Shown here piece after piece: positions 48,708-60,950 of a stretch of DNA of 64,000 nt; the first letter of the stretch is position 1; each line of letters starts with the position of its first letter. The notes under the pieces were generated by a model. It did not search any database. It saw nothing but the letters and a program-made list of their open reading frames with translations, and was not told the DNA's origin. The stretch comes from Octopus sinensis (lineage: Eukaryota): positions 14,384,001 to 14,448,000 of the forward strand of contig NC_043005.1 of assembly GCF_006345805.1 (NCBI RefSeq). The letters are read 5' to 3'. The translations under genes and the position numbers were made by a program.

Positions 48708-50220
48708 TTATAAATCTAATATTTTCCTATCCTTCCTTAATACCGGTTCCCATATGCTACTCATATCTGCACTAGGTTTGCTTAGGAGGTTATTATGTCC
48801 TAGCATATGTGCTGCTTCTTTTAGTTTTCGTATTTTCCAGTGGTGTTCTCTGTCTATTATTTTAACTTCATCCCACAGAGGGAGGTGGTCTCCATTTTCC
48901 CATACATGATCAGCTATACCCGATTTAGCAGTATCTCCTCATGTCACAACTTTGCAATGTTTGTCTACCCTTATTTTAAGGATGTGGCATGTTTCGCCTT
49001 TGTATGACCTACCCACAACTGCATGGGATGGAATACATGCAGTTTTTGGTCATATTCTCTTCTATTGGTGGTTTTACTCGAAGGAGATATTTGCGAAGTG
49101 TTGTATTACTCTTGAATACTGTCCTGATGTCATATCGGCCGCATGTCTTTTGTATCTTTTCGGAGAGGTCTTTCACATAGGGTAGACAGACTGATTGGTT
49201 TATTGGTGACATCCTCTCTTCATAATTGGAGTGGATAGTATGTTTTTGGGGTAGTTGTTGCTTAATAGATTGTTATTGAGCTTGATCATTTCTTCGTGGT
49301 ATGTATCATGATCGCTACTTATATTCTTTGCACGATGTTTTAGGCACTGAGCAATCCCTCTCTTTACAATGTATGGATGGTGGGACTTGAAGTTGTGGTA
49401 TCGTCCAGTGAAGGTCAGCTTGTGGTATACAGATGTCCTGAATCCATACTTGGTGCATGTTATTAATACGTCCAGGAATACTAGCTGATTGTCTTTTTCC
49501 TTTTCCATTGTGAACTGTATGGATGGCTTTGTTGAGTTCACATGATCCAACAGCACTTGAACATCTTCTTGGTGGGGCTAGAATATAAAGGTGTCATCAA
49601 CATATCACAGCCATAGTGTTGGTTTTAATGGTGTTGATCCTAAAGCCAAATTCTCAAAATAATCCATGTATATATTGGCTATTATCGATGATAATGGTGA
49701 ACCCATAGCTAAACCCTCTTCCTGTCGATATATATCAGTGTCCATACTGAAATAGGTAGTTTCTACACAGAAGGTCAACATTTCCATCAAGTTTTTTATT
49801 GGTATACTAGTGCATTCTTTTAGATGGGTGTCTGTCACAAGTTTTTCGTGAATCACCAATAGTCCTTCACCAGCTGGGACTTTGGTGAACAGAACACATC
49901 TAGACTCACCATCTGGTTGGATTCATTGGGGGGTTATCCTTGATCAATTCTGCGAAGTAGGTGGAATTCTTCATATACGATATTGACTTTCCTGCTAATG
50001 GACTGCTTATATCCACAAGGAAGCGGCTCAGTGGATGACATGCTGAACCTCTACAGCTCACTATAGGTCTTAATGGAATACCATCCTTGTGAATCTTAGG
50101 GAGACCGTACATGTGTGGTAGTTTACTGTGGTGTTGAGTCAGTTGTCTGTACTTCATTGGTGTAAAGTGATCCTTGTTCTTGATCAAGATCTGTGACAAC
50201 TTCCTCTCTGTTTTCAAGCA
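48708..50220 (-). mobile_element. Penelope-like element (RT + GIY-YIG), 5'-truncated and frameshifted
   Basis: MYGLPKIHKDGIPLRPIVS; GLAMGSPLSSIIANIYM; YVDDTF; VFLDV; CMYSIPCSCG..Y.GET..RV..H; ORF stop at 48708-48710. Confidence 0.93.
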
Positions 50221-50409
50221 ATGGTGAGGGGGATAAATACAGACACACAAATACATACATACATACATGCATACATATATATATGTATGTATGTATAATA
50301 TATATATATATATAGTCCTGGGGATAATTTGTTTGACTAAAGGAGGTGCTCCAGCATGGCCACAGTCAAATTACTGAAACAAGTAAATGAATAAAAGAAT
50401 ATATGTAAA

Positions 50410-50580
50410 ATCAGCCCAATCTGCAGAGTGGTTGGTGTTAGGAAGGGCATCCAGCTGTAAAAACCATGCCAAAACAGGTGCGGAGGAATGGCGCCGGGTC
50501 CCGTCTGGCCAACTGCTGTCAAACCGTCCAACCCATGCCAGCATGGAAGGAGGACGTTAAATGTTGATGACAGTGATGAT
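50410..50580 (+). mobile_element. RTE tail fragment
   Basis: ggttggtgttaggaagggcatccagctgta..cccatgccagcatgg..gacgttaaatg. Confidence 0.8.
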
Positions 50581-50754
50581 GAAAATACTGAAGGAACTAA
50601 AAGAAGACAAAAATAATTAGTGATAAGAGTGAAAATGAGAAGGTGATGAGGATAGAAGCCTGGAGAGAGGTAAAGTACCATATTTAAAATACGTACTGGG
50701 GTCAAATTGATGGGCTAAAGCACTTCAAGATGATATCCTAATATGGCTGCAGTC

Positions 50755-50912
50755 CAGGGGTGGACTGAGCCATTGGTCAGTCGGACACTGCCCAAGGTCC
50801 TGGAGCTCTGAGGGACCTGCACTCTACATGTTAACTCTACTAAAATACACATTCAAAGGGGCCTGGTAAACAGTTATGCCTGAGGGCCCTTAATACTCTC
50901 ACTCCGCCCCTG
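50755..50912. mobile_element. Small hAT-type MITE
   Basis: TIRs CAGGGGTGGA / TCCGCCCCTG; TSD ctgcagtc / ctgcagta. Confidence 0.8.
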
Positions 50913-51574
50913 CTGCAGTAAAAGAATAACTCATTTTATTTCTTTCATTTATCAGGTCTTAGAGATTTTTTTTTATTTATCTTTTTTTATCTGCTTTTTT
51001 TTCGTTTATTTTTTTGTTTTGTTTTTGTAATTTGTGGAAACTGACATTGACAAGTTGTGTTAGCTTCATGTGTTTTGTGTGCGTAAAAGGAGTTGTAATG
51101 ATTTGACAAGGAAGTATTAAAATGCATTATTTCCGGTTGCAGCAAAACTAGGATTTAGTTTTATTTCATATTTTAAAAAATTTAATTTACTTATTTTCTT
51201 TCTTTCTTTCATTTATTTATTTATTTGTTTTTATTCAATTAAAATTTCAAAAAAAAAATTTTTTTCGTTTCTGTGAAATTAATTCTCTTCGTTTAACATA
51301 TTGACTCATTTGTGTATTTTTGCATAAATAAGACGGGAAGAAGGGGTAGTGCCTATGACCATTATAGACTCTCACACCCAGACTAAGTGACAATCATATG
51401 GCTGATGCTTAATCTGATGTTTTACTGGTAAAATGTGAGTAGTTAAGGAACCAGAAATCTTGTCTGAAGGTTTATAATGGAGTGGGACATTATGAAAGAT
51501 ACACAAGAACCAAATGGTGGTATGAAATTGGGTGATGTTTTTGGCTTAGCACCAAAGGATCAGGTGCTGGTATT

Positions 51575-52446
51575 TTTGTTTCTACTCCAGGGTCAAAACC
51601 CGAAAATTTTTGGAGTAGTGGTGGTGGGGGGCAGTCAATTAGATCGACCCCAATATGCAACTGGTACTTAATTTACCGACCCTGAAAGGATGAAAGGCAA
51701 AGTCAACCCTGAAAGGATGAAAGGCAAAGTTGACCTCAACGAAATTTGAACTCAGAACATAAAGACAGACAAAATATTGCTAAGCATTTTACCCGGCGTG
51801 CTAACATTTCTGCCAGCTCACTGCTTTATTTTTTTCTACTCTAGGCACAAGGCCCTAAATTTTTGGGGAGGGAGCTAGTTGATTAGATCGACTCCAGTAT
51901 GCAACTGGTACTTAATTTATCAACCCCGAAAGGATGAAAGGCAAAATCGACCTCAGCGGAATTTGAACTCAGAACGTAAAGACAGATGAAATACCGCTAA
52001 GCATTTTGCCTGGCTTGCTAATGTTTGTTATTTCTTTATTACCCACAAGGAGCTAGACACAGAGGGGGCAAACAAAGACAGACAAAGGGATTAAGTTGAT
52101 TACATCGACCCCAGTGTGTAACTGGTACTTAATTTATCGACCCCGAAACGATGAAAGGCAAAGTCGACCTTGGCGGAATTTGAACTCAGAACGTAATGGC
52201 AGACGAAATACCTATTTCTTTACTACCCACAAGGGGCTAAACACAGAGGGGACAAACAAGGACAGACAAAGGGATTAAGTCGATTACATTGACCCCAGTG
52301 CATAACTGGTACTTAATTTATCGACCTGAAACAATGAAAGGCAAAGTCGACCTTGGCGGAATTTGAACTCAGAACGTAACAGCAGATGAAATACCATTAA
52401 GCATTTGAGCCGGCGTGCAAACGATTCTGCCAGCTCACTGCCTTGT
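51575..52446 (-). mobile_element. SINE family 2 tetramer flanked by a 16-bp TSD
   Basis: atcaggtgctgg(t/c)att at 51559-51574 and 52447-52462; four bodies and two heads. Confidence 0.88.
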
Positions 52447-52645
52447 ATCAGGTGCTGGCATTATATTGGACAGTTTGTTACACTTAGTATTAAAGATCAA
52501 GTAAGGTGCTAAACTGGGCAGTGGGTTATACCTAGCACCCAAGTTCCTGGTGGTTGTTTGGTGAAGTGTCCAATGCATGCCAGCATGGAAAGATGTAAAA
52601 CGATGATGATGGTCTCTCTCTCACACACACACACACATATAACAA

Positions 52646-52941
52646 AGGTGCATGGCTCAGTGGTTAGAGCATTGGGCTCACATTCACGAGGTAGTGAGTT
52701 CAATTCCCGGACTGGGCTATGTGTTATGTTCTTGAGCAAGACACTTTATTTCTCGTTCCAATACACTCAACTGTAGAAATAAGTTGCAACATCACTGGTG
52801 CCAAGCTGTATCAGGGAAGATTTGTATGCATGGGTGACTGCTGGTCTTCCATAAACAAACTTGCCCAGCCTTGTACTTTGGAGGGTAACTTTTTAGGTGT
52901 AATCCCATGGTCATTCATGACTGAAGGGGTTCTTTACCCTC
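52646..52941 (+). mobile_element. tRNA-derived SINE family 4
   Basis: GGTGCATGGCTCAGTGGTTAGAGC..GAGTTCAATTCCC head; cttgagcaagacact. Confidence 0.85.
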
Positions 52942-53046
52942 ATATATATATATATATATATATAATATATATATACATACACACCAAAATAAGCATAAAT
53001 GTAAAACAAGGTGGAAAAAGTAGTACTTGAATACTGGAGGTAGAGT

Positions 53047-53218
53047 AATATGCTTTTTTAAAAAAGCTGAAAAGACATTACAAATACTTACTAAGGTTCC
53101 CGTTTGTCGGACAGTTTTGGTGTAGATTCTAAATCAAAACTGTCCAACGAACAGGAATGTGAAACTCTGAGTAACAGTTTTTGTGATGTCTTTGCAGCTT
53201 TTTTAATGAAGTGTATTT
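53047..53218. repeat. Imperfect palindrome containing a degenerate hammerhead cassette (53136-53181)
   Basis: Arms aaaaaagctg.aaagacat.acaaa..ggacagttttg and its reverse complement. Cassette: AAAACUGU-CCAACGA-ACA/GGAA/UGU-GAAA-CUCUGAGUA-ACAGUUUU. Confidence 0.7.
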
Positions 53219-53229
53219 ATATATATATA

Positions 53230-53500
53230 TCTCTTATATAAAATCCATTCTGTCTGTGTGTGTGTGTGTGGCTTCTAGGATCTTGGGCATCCTCCATCCG
53301 ATTGCGCGCTCAAATTTGATATGTAGATGCCGATGATATCAGGGCGTGTATAAGTCTTGAAAAAATTACAAAAATCGATTCCAGGTGAGAATGTGATCGA
53401 TAAAGCCATGGGAAATCGTTTTTCTTTGGAATAGAAAAAAAAGTCTATCTTTTATTTCTTCTTTTGCTGGTGTCTCAAATTTAAGTTAAATCAGTGTTTC
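53230..53500 (+). mobile_element. Possible Helitron-type 5' end of a second family
   Basis: A|TCTCTTATATAAAA..ctgtctgtgtg..ccgattg..aaatttg; no CTAG 3' end found. Confidence 0.4.
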
Positions 53501-53839
53501 TCAAAGGGGAGGCCTATGGGACAGTCGGACAAGTTGTTTTGAGAAAATTTGGTTTAAATGTTTGACAACTCAGCACCGTCCATTGGATGGGGGGCGTTTT
53601 GTTCGTATATATATATATATATATGCTGAACTTCATTGAGGTAATGGCAATGGATTGGGATGTGTTGGGGATTTGAGATACTTGGAAAGACCTATCCACC
53701 TAAGTGAAACGCACATATTAACCATTCAGAAGCACACAAATACTGTTAACTTCACTAAAATATTTATTATTTGGTGGCATGATTTTTGTTCTGACCTGGT
53801 GACTGCTATGGTTCCCCTGCATATTCATAAAGTAAAATC

Positions 53840-54220
53840 AGGAGTGGCTGTGTGGTAAGAAGCTTGCTTACCAACCACATGGTTCCAGATTCAGTCCCAT
53901 TGCGTGGCACCTTGGGTAAGTATCTTCTACTATAGCATTGGGCCAACTAAAGCCTTGTGAGTGGATTTGGTAGACAGAAACTGAAAGAAGCCCGTCGTAC
54001 ATATATGTGTATGTGTGTGTTTGTGTGTCTGTGGTTGTCCCCCATCCTTGCTTGACAACCAATGCTGGTGTGTTTACATCCCCCTTAACTTAGCAGTTAG
54101 GCAAAAGAGACCGATAGAATAAGTACTAGGCTTACAAAGTATAAGTTCTGGGGTCGATTTGTTTGACTAAAGGCAGTACTCCAGTATGGGTGCAGTCAAA
54201 TGACTGAAATAAAAAAAAAA
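53840..54220 (+). mobile_element. SINE family 1
   Basis: Full length. Confidence 0.88.
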
Positions 54221-54379
54221 TATTAATGATAGTTCTTATTAAGAAAGGTAAGGGAGATAACCTTGCCACATATTCGCAACACCAGTAGCTTAATGTAAAG
54301 AACATCCTGCCAAGTGGTTGGTGTTAGGAAGGGCATCCAGCCATAGAACCCATATTGCATAATAGGAAGATTTAAGGAC

Positions 54380-54396
54380 AAACACACACAATGATA

Positions 54397-54427
<31 letters not shown>

Positions 54428-54764
54428 CAGGGCTGCAGTAGTGTTAATGATGTTGGTGGTGGTGGTGGTGGTCATGGTTGTGATGATGATGATAACGATA
54501 ATGATGATTGTTGTGCTGATGATGATGAGAATGGGGCTACAGCAGTGCTGGTACTGATGGTGGTGGTGGTGGTGTTGTTGGTGTTAGTGATGACGATGAT
54601 GACCATGATGATGATGATTGATGGTGATGATGGTGATGATGGTTGTGGTGATTGTGGTGATTGTGGTGATTGTGACAATGAGGCTGCAGTTGTGCTTATG
54701 ATGATGTTGCTGATAGCAATGCTGATGGGGTGGTGGTGGTGGTGGTGGTGGTTGTTGTTGTTGT

Positions 54765-54802
<38 letters not shown>

Positions 54803-54865
54803 ATGATTAATGTAGTGCTGATAACAGTGTTGCTATTATTGATGTTGGTGATATGCTTGAAGCAC

Positions 54866-54896
<31 letters not shown>

Positions 54897-55130
54897 GGTG
54901 ATGAATGGGTTGCTGTAGGGTCCAATAATGATAGTGGTGGTGATGATGATGCTGGTTACAGTTGGTCGTGTTTGAGATGACGATAGCAACATTGCTGCTG
55001 CTGCTGCTGCTGATAATGATGATGAGGGTGATGATGAGGGTGAAAAACGATGATAGCGCTAGCTGGGGGTACTGACTGACAGTGGTGGTGGTGGTGATGA
55101 TGAAGGGGATTATAATGCTGATGGCAGTGA
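54380..55130. repeat. Compound trinucleotide tract (TGA/TGG/TGT/TGC)n
   Basis: Direct inspection. Confidence 0.9.
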
Positions 55131-55439
55131 AGGAGATGACAGTTTAATATTAAGAACCCAAAATAAATGTTTAAGTTTTATGCCAAAAGTTGGTGAAGGG
55201 TGGTGGCGCAGAAAAAGAAACAGAAAAAATATGTGTGCATTTAGAGAGGGGGGAGAGTGAGGGAGGGTGGGAGTGAGTGAGCGGCAATGTGAATAAGTGA
55301 CGTCACTGTTTTTATGAAGGAAATGAAAGTCCATAAGCAAGCAGAAGTGGTGATGTTGGACAGGAAGATGAGAACATCAGTGTGGCAGAAGAGATTCTGG
55401 CAGGAAGTGTTTAAAGTGGTGGAAAGTATGATTCAGAGA

Positions 55440-55875
55440 TGATGACCAGTTTAGATGTTGCAGAGATTGAGAGGTAGATAGATTGAGAGATGGATTGAGA
55501 GACAGACAGACAGATAGATAGATAGATAGATAGGTAGATAGAAAGATAGACAGATAGATAGATAGATAGATAGATAGAAAGATAGATAGATAGATAAGCT
55601 GATGGATAGGTAGCAGATAGATAGGTAGATAGATGGATAGATAGAGAGATAGATAGGCAGATAGATAGGCAGATGGATGGATAGATAGATAGATAGATAG
55701 ATAGGCAGATAGATGGATAGATAGATAAGCAGATGGATAGATAGGCAGATAGATAGATAGATAGATACACAGATAGATTGATAGACAGACAGATAGGCAG
55801 ACTGATAGATAGGATAGGCAGATAGATAGGTAGATAGATAGATAGATAGATAGAAATAGATAGATTGATAGATCT
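55440..55875. repeat. (GATA/GACA/GGCA)n tetranucleotide tract
   Basis: Direct inspection. Confidence 0.95.
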
Positions 55876-56094
55876 GATGGACCTATCTAAATGACAGCTA
55901 ATTTAGGAAATAGCTAGATAGGTTAGTTAGCATTTGTGTGTGTGTGTGTGTGTGTGCACATGCAGACATATACATGTGTGTACACTTACACAAATACACA
56001 CATATATATAGCTGTTTATATTCAGAAAGGTTTTCTTTTTTCAGGTTTCTTCTGATTCTGCTACCCAGGACTATAATAATAGCTTCAGATTTTG

Positions 56095-56295
56095 ACACAA
56101 GGCCAGCAGTCTATGGGGAAGGAATTCAGTCAATTAAATTGACCCCCACTACTCAATTGGTATTTATTTCATCGACCCTCAAATGATGAAAGGCAAAGTC
56201 GACCCTGACAGAATTTGAAGTCAGATTATGAAGACAGATAAAATACTGCTAAATATTTTGCCTGCTATGCTAATGTTTCTGCTAGCTCTTTACCT
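56095..56295 (-). mobile_element. SINE family 2 (diverged)
   Basis: gaaaggcaaagtcgacc..gaatttgaa.tcaga. Confidence 0.75.
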
Positions 56296-56309
56296 TACCC
56301 AGGAAACAA

Positions 56310-56613
56310 GATTTTTCCTTGTAAACTGTTTTTAACATTTTCTTATTATTACGATGATGATGATGTATATATGTATTGTAACATTTTCTTATTATTATTA
56401 TCAAAGAATGTATATATGTATTGCAATATTTTGTGACAACCAGTACTTAACACAACAAAGCTTTTACTAAGCTTTTACATTTTACTTTTGACAATCATTT
56501 CCTAAAATATGTGAAGCCGGTCAAGTGAATAAACATCTTTTAAAATTGCATTTTCAAACCTTCTTTCATATATAATTCCACTTGTCCGGTACACTACAAC
56601 TTCACTTTGTTAC

Positions 56614-56615
<2 letters not shown>
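56310..56615. repeat. About 300-bp repeat in three copies (56310-56615 F, 60945-61200 R, 61205-61400 F)
   Basis: Shared ttatcaaagaatgtatatatg..atattttgtgacaac..ccggtcaagtg..aaaattgcatttt. Confidence 0.85.
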
Positions 56616-56650
<35 letters not shown>

Positions 56651-56652
<2 letters not shown>

Positions 56653-56853
56653 CTCTTTTACTTGTTTCAGTCATTTGACTGCGGCCATGCTGGAGCACCG
56701 CCTTTAGTCGAGCAAATCGACCCTGGGACTTATTATTTGTAAGCCCAGTACTTATTCTATCAGTCTCTTTTGCCGAACCGCTAAGTGACGGGGACGTAAA
56801 CACACCAGCATCAGCTGTCAAGCAATGCTAGGGGGACAAACACAGACACACAA

Positions 56854-56908
<55 letters not shown>

Positions 56909-57074
56909 TACGACAGGCTTCTTTCAGTTTCTGTCTACCAAATCCACTTACAAGGCATTGGTCGGCCCGGGGCTATAGCAGAAGACACTTGCCCAAGATG
57001 CCACGCAGTGGGACTTAACCTGGAACCATGTGGTTGGTTAGCAAGCTACTTACCACACAGCCACTCCTGCGCCT
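56651..57074 (-). mobile_element. SINE family 1
   Basis: Full length with an expanded internal (TA)n. Confidence 0.92.
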
Positions 57075-57467
57075 ATATATATATAAAAGTAAGGTTGTGT
57101 GTCTGTCTCCTACGATTTAGATTCCTAACTACTCTCACATTTTGCGGTGCAGTTTAACCAAAAGCGGGTATCTTATAGTCGTGATTCATATCAAGCCCTT
57201 CTGGGTATTAGCACGCGTCTACGATGAGTCTACGATTTAAAAAAAAATTTACCATCATTTTTTTCCATTTTAATGCATTTTTTTCGCTATTATATAAGGG
57301 AAGTAATTTTCTAAAAATGTCTACGATGAGTCAATGATTTAAAAAAAAAATTACCATAATTTTTTTCCATTTTAATGCATCTTTTGCTAGTTTTGGCTAT
57401 AACTCTCTAAAATGCTTATATAGTTATTTCCCTTACAAACCCGAGCAACGCCGGGCGATACTGCTAG
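57075..57467 (+). mobile_element. Non-autonomous Helitron with an internal duplication of about 100 bp
   Basis: Homologous to 762-1157; ends cccgagcaacgccgggcgatactgCTAG|T. Confidence 0.85.
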
Positions 57468-57469
57468 TA

Positions 57470-57560
57470 TATATATATATTATATATATATTATATACCT
57501 ACTGCTAGTATATATATATATATATATTTATTTATATATCTATTATATACATACTGCTAG

Positions 57561-57610
<50 letters not shown>

Positions 57611-59658
57611 TATATATATATTATAGATTAATAAATTGGGGTGTGTTGACCACACGTGGAGAAATGATAAGCAAGGAAAAATTGTAAAAATGCAGAATGC
57701 TAAATTGAAAGAAAATTTTAATGAAATGAGAAATTGATAAAATATATAAATATATATTTATTCAAACCGGTTTTCGTCATAATGTGACTTATCAAGAATA
57801 GTTAGGTGAAATTTTTTTTTAAAAGTGAGAAAGGGGAAAAAAGAAAGTTGCATTGTTTTTTGCAAAAGAATAATAATAAATATGTACAAAAATTAAAAAA
57901 TAAGTACATATATATATAAATAAGTACATATATATAAATAAGTACATATATATATATACTTATATATATATACTTATATATATATATATATATATATATC
58001 TATATATATATATATATTATATATATATAATATATATATATATATTTACTTATATATATATATATATATATATATACTTAAAATTTTTTTATATATTTAT
58101 TAATCATATAAGATTTTTAGAATATATTTAATAATTAGTGGTTTTTATCATTTAAATCATTAATTTATTTTGTATTAAGTATTATTTATCATAGTTATTT
58201 TATTAATAAATATTATAGTATAGAGAGATTTTATTCTTTATTTGTAACTTCATTCTATTTACAATGATAAACCAATAATTTTCCCATTCACAATCTCATT
58301 GATAAAGCGTAGGTTCCTCACGCGTAATGAATTCTTCAACAATTTATTCTTTCTTATTGCTAATAACGTAATTCCACGAGTATTCTTATAAACGCTGTAA
58401 AGACGTTTTCCGATTCAAAATTTTAGTTTATTGCTCAACCTCGCTAAGATAAGTATGTATTTATTTAAGATCTTCAAATTGTAAATTTTAATATTGTATA
58501 CGTCTTTGGAGTAATAATATTTTCCTTATGTAAATATCGTTGTTTATGTAATGATCTAATTATCGTAATTTTCTATATTGTTAGAAATTAAACTTAAGTT
58601 TATTCGTAAGATACTACTTAGCGATAGATTTGTTATTTGATAGCAAGCATACGAGGTGTATTAAGTTAGGCTTTTGTATATACATGTTTTAATAGTATCA
58701 ATTGTAGTTTTAAATTTTAATTAAATTAGATAAACTTTGATAAATTAGATAGATATGTTTCGACTAAAGATTGGTCCAGGCCATGTCTAATTTAATAGCA
58801 TAACTTAGTTATTTCTTTAAATTGATATTCGCTAGTATTCCCATTGATAATTATATTTATAGTATTTATTCGATACTATATTACTACGAATTGATTATTT
58901 CTATAAGTATTTTACATAAGATTTCCGAAAGTTCGTTTAAGTTTTGTTAATTTGTATTTTGAAATTAGCTATTTCATCTTTAAATTGAAAAATTAAATTT
59001 ATTAGGTTTTTATATTTATTTATAGAGATTATTTTAGATCTTAATTATAATATTTATATACATTCATATATTTTCATTGATAATTTATATTTATTAGTCA
59101 TTTTTAAATATTTATGTAATTAGATATAGAATAATACCGATATTAGATTATTGGTGGGGTTCCTACCTTATAAATTAAATTAATATTTAACATTATAGTC
59201 GATTTTGATATAATCATAATTGTTAAGTTTATGTTTCTAGTTTGATATAGAGTTTATTATAAGTAAAATTATTATATTATTTATATCTTAAAAATATTGT
59301 TTAAATATCTCTGATTATATTTTAGATATTTCAATTACCTGAAGATTGACTGTAACCATAACTCGAATTATTACGAATTGTACAGCCATGAAACGATCGT
59401 AGTGTTTTACTCTTTATCTTTTATTAAACTTTTAATACTTTTGATATATATTTAAAATAATATAAATTAATTAATTTTATGTATGGCTTATGTTTTTCAT
59501 TGTTTGATTTGCCTAATAGTGGTTTATCTCTAATTTAATATAATATACTATATATATATATAACTATAATATATATATATATGTATATTATATATATATA
59601 TATATATATATATTATGTATATATATATACTTATATATATATATATGTATATATATGA

Positions 59659-59690
<32 letters not shown>

Positions 59691-60555
59691 TATATATATG
59701 TATATATATGAATATATTATATATAAAATATATAATTTACTTTATATATATATATGAATATATATAATAAATATATATATTATTATATATATATATATGA
59801 ATATATATATATATATATAGAATATACTTATATATATATATATATCTATATATATATAATTACTATATATATATATATTCTATATATATATATACTTATA
59901 TATATACTTATATATATACTATATTATACTTATATATATATATACTTATATATATAATATATATATATATACTTATATATATAATATATATATATACTTA
60001 TATATATATATATATATATATACTTATATATCATATATATATCTATCATACTTATATATATATTATATATATATATATATAATATATATACTTATTATAT
60101 ATATATATGAATATATATATTCATATATATACGAACAAACAGCGTGTTCGACTGGGAACGAATCAAATTGAGCTGGCTTGTATGAAGTGAAAACCTAAAG
60201 GTAGAAACATAGGAGATGGACACAAGAGGCGCTGACGGTTGGTAGTCAGGCCAAGAAAGAAAGATCATGGCTGGCTGGACACTGGTCACATGGAAGGAAG
60301 AGGGAGGGGTAGGGGGCAGCGGGATTGAAGGATTAGAAAAAGAATCAGAAACAAAGAAAAATGTACATAGGTGATAAACCAGTGGGAAAGAAAGAGGGCC
60401 AAGAAATGTGAGAAGGAATGCGAGAAAAAGAAATAAAAATGTGAGGGTGAATATATATGTATATAATATATGTAATATATATATGTAGATATATATACAT
60501 ACTTTTTTAAGCGTTCTATATATGTACACATATATATTATGCATATGTGTATCTG

Positions 60556-60603
<48 letters not shown>

Positions 60604-60803
60604 TATATAATATATGTATGTATATGTTAGTATGTATTTGTATGTATGTATATATGTATGTATGTATAGTATGTATGTATGTATATATATATGTATGTAT
60701 GTATATATATGTATGTATGTATGTATATGTATATATATGTATGTATATATATATATATGTATGTATATATATATATATGTATATATATATGTATGTATAT
60801 ATG

Positions 60804-60840
<37 letters not shown>

Positions 60841-60950
60841 ATATATGTATATATATATCTATATATATTTATATATATGTATATATAAATATGTATATTT
60901 ATATGTATGTTTATATATGTATATATGTAAATGTATATATATACATATAG
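57470..60950. repeat. Interrupted (TA)n/(TATG)n tracts enclosing very AT-rich degenerate sequence
   Basis: Tracts at about 57470-57625, 57905-58080, 59520-60130 and 60450-60950. Confidence 0.9.

Noticed and set aside
52646-52720. tRNA genes at SINE heads (also 38778, 43594, 48570, 63790)
   Set aside because: Box A and B are present but the cloverleaves are incomplete, and each continues into a SINE body or simple-repeat tail.
54472-55770. Poly-Leu/Met/Trp and YLSI-repeat ORFs
   Set aside because: These are translations of trinucleotide and (GATA)n microsatellites.
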